Assembly (NCBI GenBank): GCA_900755005.1
Contig: CAAEEX010000097.1
Location: 14,149-78,148, forward strand
Direction of reading: 5' to 3'
DNA from: an uncultured Collinsella sp.
GTDB taxonomy: Bacteria > Actinomycetota > Coriobacteriia > Coriobacteriales > Coriobacteriaceae
DNA length: 64,000 nucleotides
Part shown: positions 60,392 through 64,000 of the stretch, piece after piece
Layout of the letters: each line of letters starts with the position of its first letter
How positions within the stretch are numbered: position 1 is the stretch's first letter
The notes under the pieces: generated by a model
The model's input: the letters and a program-made list of their open reading frames with translations, nothing else
Told to the model about the DNA's origin: nothing
The model's database searches: none
Translations under genes and position numbers: made by a program

Positions 60392-61704
60392 CCCGCATCA
60401 CCCCGTCCCCGCTCAAGGGCACCGTTCCCGCCATCGCGTCCAAGTCGATGGCGCATCGCCTCATCATCTGCGCTGCGCTTGCCAACGGCGAGACACACGT
60501 CACCTGCAATACCACCTGCGCCGACATCGAGGCTACGGTGCGTTGCCTTACGGCCCTGGGTGCTCGCATCGAGACCGTCGAGGACGGCTTCCAGGTCCAC
60601 CCCACCATGAAGAGTGTTGAGTTTGGCCTGCTCAAGGCCCTTGCCGGCGGCACGCTTGACTGCGGCGAAAGTGGATCCACGCTCCGCTTTATGCTGCCTG
60701 TCGCCTGCGCGCTGGGTGCGGATGCCACCTTCGTGGGCCAGGGCCGCCTGGGCGCCCGCCCGCTCTCCCCGCTCTCGGACGAGATCATCGCCGCCGGCTG
60801 CGATCTACAGGGTCTGGGCGGTTTTCCGCTCAAGACGAGCGGCCGCATGCGCCCGGGCACCTTTGTGCTTCCGGGCAACGTGAGCTCGCAGTACATCTCG
60901 GGCCTGCTGCTGGCAGCCCCGCTGCTGGCCCAGCCCTCCTGCGTGCAGGTAACCGGCCTCATCGAGAGCCGCCCCTACATCAACCTGACGATACAGGCCA
61001 TGAAGGCCTTTGGCGTCGAGGTCAACGTCGAGCGTATTCCGGCCAAGGACGGCCAGCCCGAGGTCACGAACTTCCGCGTGAGCAGCGGCTCGTACCGCAC
61101 GCCCGGCAGCGTTGCTGTCGAGGGCGACTGGTCCAACGCCGCCTTTTGGCTGTGCGCCGGCGCTATCGGCGCCGACCCCATCACCGTGGAGGGCGTATCC
61201 CTGAGCTCCGCGCAGGGCGACCGAAACGTGCTCGCCGCGCTTTCGCGCTTTGGCGCTCGCATCGTGCGCTCCACCAACGCCGCCACCGTGCAGTCCGACA
61301 AGCTCGCCGGCTTTGAGATGAGCGCCCACGACATTCCCGACCTGGTGCCCGTCATCTCGGCCGTAGCCTCGCTGGCGCAGGGCCGCACCTTTATCCGCGA
61401 TTGCGCCCGTCTGCGCATCAAGGAATCCGACCGCCTGGTCACGACCACCCGCGAGCTCACCGCGCTGGGCGCGCAGGTGCGCATTGCCGGCGATGACCTC
61501 ATCATCAAGGGTGTCGATGCCTTCACCGGCGGCGAGGTCGATTCGCACAACGACCATCGCATCGCCATGATGGCCGCTATCGCCGCGAGCCGCGCCACCG
61601 GCGAGGTCGTGATCCACGGCGCCGAGGCGGTCAACAAGTCCTATCCCGATTTCTTCGACCACTACCGCCTGCTGGGCGGCAAGGTCACACTCGAGGAGGA
61701 ATAG
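60385..61704 (+). CDS. aroA: 3-phosphoshikimate 1-carboxyvinyltransferase (EPSP synthase)
   Basis: VPAIASKSMAHRLIICAALA and DHRIAMMAAIAA motifs. Confidence 0.93.
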   Translation: MLARITPSPLKGTVPAIASKSMAHRLIICAALANGETHVTCNTTCADIEATVRCLTALGARIETVEDGFQVHPTMKSVEFGLLKALAGGTLDCGESGSTLRFMLPVACALGADATFVGQGRLGARPLSPLSDEIIAAGCDLQGLGGFPLKTSGRMRPGTFVLPGNVSSQYISGLLLAAPLLAQPSCVQVTGLIESRPYINLTIQAMKAFGVEVNVERIPAKDGQPEVTNFRVSSGSYRTPGSVAVEGDWSNAAFWLCAGAIGADPITVEGVSLSSAQGDRNVLAALSRFGARIVRSTNAATVQSDKLAGFEMSAHDIPDLVPVISAVASLAQGRTFIRDCARLRIKESDRLVTTTRELTALGAQVRIAGDDLIIKGVDAFTGGEVDSHNDHRIAMMAAIAASRATGEVVIHGAEAVNKSYPDFFDHYRLLGGKVTLEEE

Positions 61705-61705
61705 C

Positions 61706-62803
61706 ATGTCCTCGACCTTTGGCAACGTCTTGCACTTAAGCATCTTCGGCCAGTCGCACTCCCCCGCCATCGGCTGCTCCCTCGATGGCATTCCGGCGGG
61801 CATCGCTGTTGACCAGGGGCAGCTGCAGGCCTTCCTCGACCGTCGTGCCCCCGGTCGCGACGAGACCGCGACCAAACGCCGCGAGGCCGACGCCGCCCAC
61901 ATCATCGCCGGTGTGGTCGATGGACATACCACCGGCGCGCCCATCGCCGCGATTATCGAAAACACCAACACGCGCTCCAAGGATTACTCCGAGCTGCGCC
62001 GCAAGCCCCGCCCCGGACATGCGGACTTCCCTGCGCGCGTGAAGTATCACAACATGCACGATGTCGCCGGTGGCGGGCATTTCTCCGGCCGCCTAACGGC
62101 ACCCCTGTGCATCGCCGGCGGCATTGCGCTGCAGGCACTCGAGGCCCGCGGCATTAAAGTAATGGCGCACGTCGCGCAGATCGGCGGCATCTCCGACCTG
62201 CCGATGGACGATATGGTCTATCGCGAGGCCGACCGCAAAGCGATCCTAACGAACGATCTGCCGTGCATTGACGCCGCCGCAGCCGGCCGCATGCGCGAGG
62301 AGATTCTGGCCGCGCGCGACGAGCTCGACAGCATCGGCGGCATCGTGGAGTGCGGCATTTACGGGCTTCCCACGGGCATAGGCGACCCCATGTTCGACGG
62401 CATCGAGAACCGCATCGCGCAAATCGCGTTTGGCATTCCCGCCGTAAAGGGCGTGGAGTTTGGCATGGGCTTTGCCGTGGCCGCCATGCGCGGCAGCGAG
62501 AACAACGATCCATATCGCATCGATGCCGAGACCGGCGAAATCGAGGTCGAGTCCAATAACGCCGGCGGCATCCTGGGCGGTATTTCGACCGGCGCGCCCG
62601 TCATGTGGCGCATGGCCGTAAAGCCGACGCCCTCAATTGGCCGCGAGCAACAGACCGTGGACATGGACGCCATGGAAAATGCCGAGCTCTCGGTCCACGG
62701 CCGCCACGATCCCTGCATCGTCCCGCGCGCCGTCCCCGTAGCCGAAGCAGCCGCCGCCCTCGCCATCTGGGACGCCCTCCTCGAGGACGCAGCCCAGCTC
62801 TAA
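61706..62803 (+). CDS. aroC: chorismate synthase
   Basis: FGQSHSPAIGCSLDG and GGISTGAPVMWRMAVKPTPS motifs. Confidence 0.93.
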   Translation: MSSTFGNVLHLSIFGQSHSPAIGCSLDGIPAGIAVDQGQLQAFLDRRAPGRDETATKRREADAAHIIAGVVDGHTTGAPIAAIIENTNTRSKDYSELRRKPRPGHADFPARVKYHNMHDVAGGGHFSGRLTAPLCIAGGIALQALEARGIKVMAHVAQIGGISDLPMDDMVYREADRKAILTNDLPCIDAAAAGRMREEILAARDELDSIGGIVECGIYGLPTGIGDPMFDGIENRIAQIAFGIPAVKGVEFGMGFAVAAMRGSENNDPYRIDAETGEIEVESNNAGGILGGISTGAPVMWRMAVKPTPSIGREQQTVDMDAMENAELSVHGRHDPCIVPRAVPVAEAAAALAIWDALLEDAAQL

Positions 62804-62856
62804 CCCGACTCACCTGGGTTGCCTGTCAACTCAGCCGTTACGTGAAAGGGGCCTCC

Positions 62857-64000
62857 ATGGACCTTGCCGATATTCGCCAGGCCATCGATGGCATCGACAC
62901 CACGCTCCTCAACAGCTTTGTCGAGCGCATGGACATTGCCACCGAGGTCGCCAAGTCAAAAATCGAGATGGGCAAGGCCGTCTTCGACCCCGCCCGCGAG
63001 CGTTCCAAGCTCAACAACCTCGCCAGCCGTGCGCCCGAGCGCTACGAGGCCCAGACCATCACCCTGTTCCGTCTCCTCATGAGCATGAGCAAGGCCGAGC
63101 AGCAGCGCTACATCAACGAGCTCAAGGGCATCACCGTCTCGCAAAAGGCCCACGCCACGGCTGCAGCCTTTGACACGCCCTTCCCTCAAACGGCCACCGT
63201 TGCCTGCCAGGGCGTGGAAGGTGCCTATAGCCAGATCGCCGCGTGCAAACTCTTCGACGTGCCGGATATTGCGTTCTTCGAGACCTTCGAGGGCGTCATG
63301 CGCGCCGTGCGCGACGGCTTTTGCGAGTTTGGCGTACTGCCCATCGAAAACTCAACCGCCGGCTCGGTAAACGCCGTCTACGACCTGCTCGCACAGTTCA
63401 ACTTCCATATCGTGCGCTCGCTTCGCCTCAAGATCGATCACAACCTGCTCGTCAAGCCCGGCACCAAGCTCGCGGACATACGCGAGGTCTACAGCCACGG
63501 TCAGGCCATCGCGCAGTGCGCTGGCTATATCGAGGGCCATAATCTGCACGCCTCCAAGTACCCCAACACCGCCATGTCGGCCGAGATGGTCGCCAACTCC
63601 GAGCGCACCGACGTCGCCGCCATCGCCTCGCGCAGCTGCGCGGCACTCTATGGCCTGGAGGTGCTGGAGCCCAACATTCAGGACTCGGACAACAACTACA
63701 CGCGCTTTGTCGTCATCAGCCGCGAGCCGCGCGTCTACCCCGGCGCCAACCGTACCTCGCTCATGATCACCACGGCCAACGAGCCGGGTGCGCTCTATCG
63801 CGTACTCGAGCGCTTCTACGCGCTCAATATCAACCTCATCAAGCTCGAGAGCCGCCCCATCCCCGGCCGCGACTTTGAGTTTATGTTCTACTTTGATCTG
63901 GACTGCCCCTTTGGCAGCAAGGCCCTCGACGACCTGCTCGATTCTATCGACGACGTGTGCGAGAGCTTCACCTACTTTGGCAGCTACACGGAGGTGTTCT
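62857..64000 (+). CDS. pheA: bifunctional chorismate mutase / prephenate dehydratase, runs off window end
   Basis: Manual translation from the ATG at 62857: MDLADIRQAIDGIDTTLLNSFVERMDIATEVAKSK is a CM-2 domain. The PDT domain has TRF and ESRP motifs (LIKLESRPIPG). The C-terminal ACT domain is starting. Absent from the ORF track because no stop codon falls in the window. Confidence 0.85.
   Translation, partial: MDLADIRQAIDGIDTTLLNSFVERMDIATEVAKSKIEMGKAVFDPARERSKLNNLASRAPERYEAQTITLFRLLMSMSKAEQQRYINELKGITVSQKAHATAAAFDTPFPQTATVACQGVEGAYSQIAACKLFDVPDIAFFETFEGVMRAVRDGFCEFGVLPIENSTAGSVNAVYDLLAQFNFHIVRSLRLKIDHNLLVKPGTKLADIREVYSHGQAIAQCAGYIEGHNLHASKYPNTAMSAEMVANSERTDVAAIASRSCAALYGLEVLEPNIQDSDNNYTRFVVISREPRVYPGANRTSLMITTANEPGALYRVLERFYALNINLIKLESRPIPGRDFEFMFYFDLDCPFGSKALDDLLDSIDDVCESFTYFGSYTEVF

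Overview
High-GC (about 60-65%) chromosomal segment that looks like a Gram-positive Actinobacteria/Coriobacteriia-type genome. It is almost entirely conserved housekeeping operons, mostly on the minus strand.

Gene order:
- 1-3362 (-): pyrimidine operon pyrR-pyrB-pyrC-pyrK; pyrK runs off the left edge.
- 3814-4002 (+): rpmB (L28, zinc-ribbon C+ form) with a strong terminator.
- 4105-5154: a roughly 1 kb, lower-GC insertion. A Y1 HUH (IS200/RAYT-like) transposase with a C-terminal HTH, bracketed by two pairs of palindromic inverted repeats.
- 5307-8808 (+): adhE, then an APH/choline-kinase-fold phosphotransferase.
- 8987-19099 (-): proS-ispG-rseP-dxr-cdsA-uppS-frr-pyrH-tsf-rpsB.
- 19319-25941 (-): xerC-trmFO-dprA-comM-yraN-rnhB-rplS.
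- 26151-33120 (-): ppdK, its regulatory kinase PDRP, glyS, glyQ.
- 33180-35670 (-): lepB-trmD-rimM-khpA-rpsP.
- 35872-37125 (+): dinB.
- 37225-41226 (-): rsfS-yqeK-nadD-obg-rpmA-rplU.
- 41294-44920 (-): an uncharacterized conserved pair (TIGR03936-like DUF2344 plus a TIGR03960-like B12/radical SAM protein) and a 309-aa hypothetical.
- 44939-50899 (-): rodA-pbp2-mreD-mreC-mreB.
- 51015-56965 (-): a TPR membrane protein, ppiB, a double zinc-ribbon membrane protein, and a P-type ATPase with a Lys-rich tail.
- 57027-57103 (-): tRNA-Arg(CCG) with a clean sigma70-type promoter.
- 57308 onward (+): aromatic amino acid operon aroF(DAHP synthase)-tyrA-aroB-aroA-aroC-pheA; pheA runs off the right edge.

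No CRISPR array and no rRNA. Many long antisense ORFs in the track are GC-frame artefacts.

Most interesting observations:
- The REP/RAYT-like mobile unit.
- An intrinsic-terminator-like attenuator in the aroF leader.
- The xerC N-terminal region, which is encoded without a canonical start codon.
- The uncharacterized radical-SAM pair with the neighbouring hypothetical.
- The ppdK upstream repeat/palindrome architecture.
- A winged-helix-like insertion in RseP.
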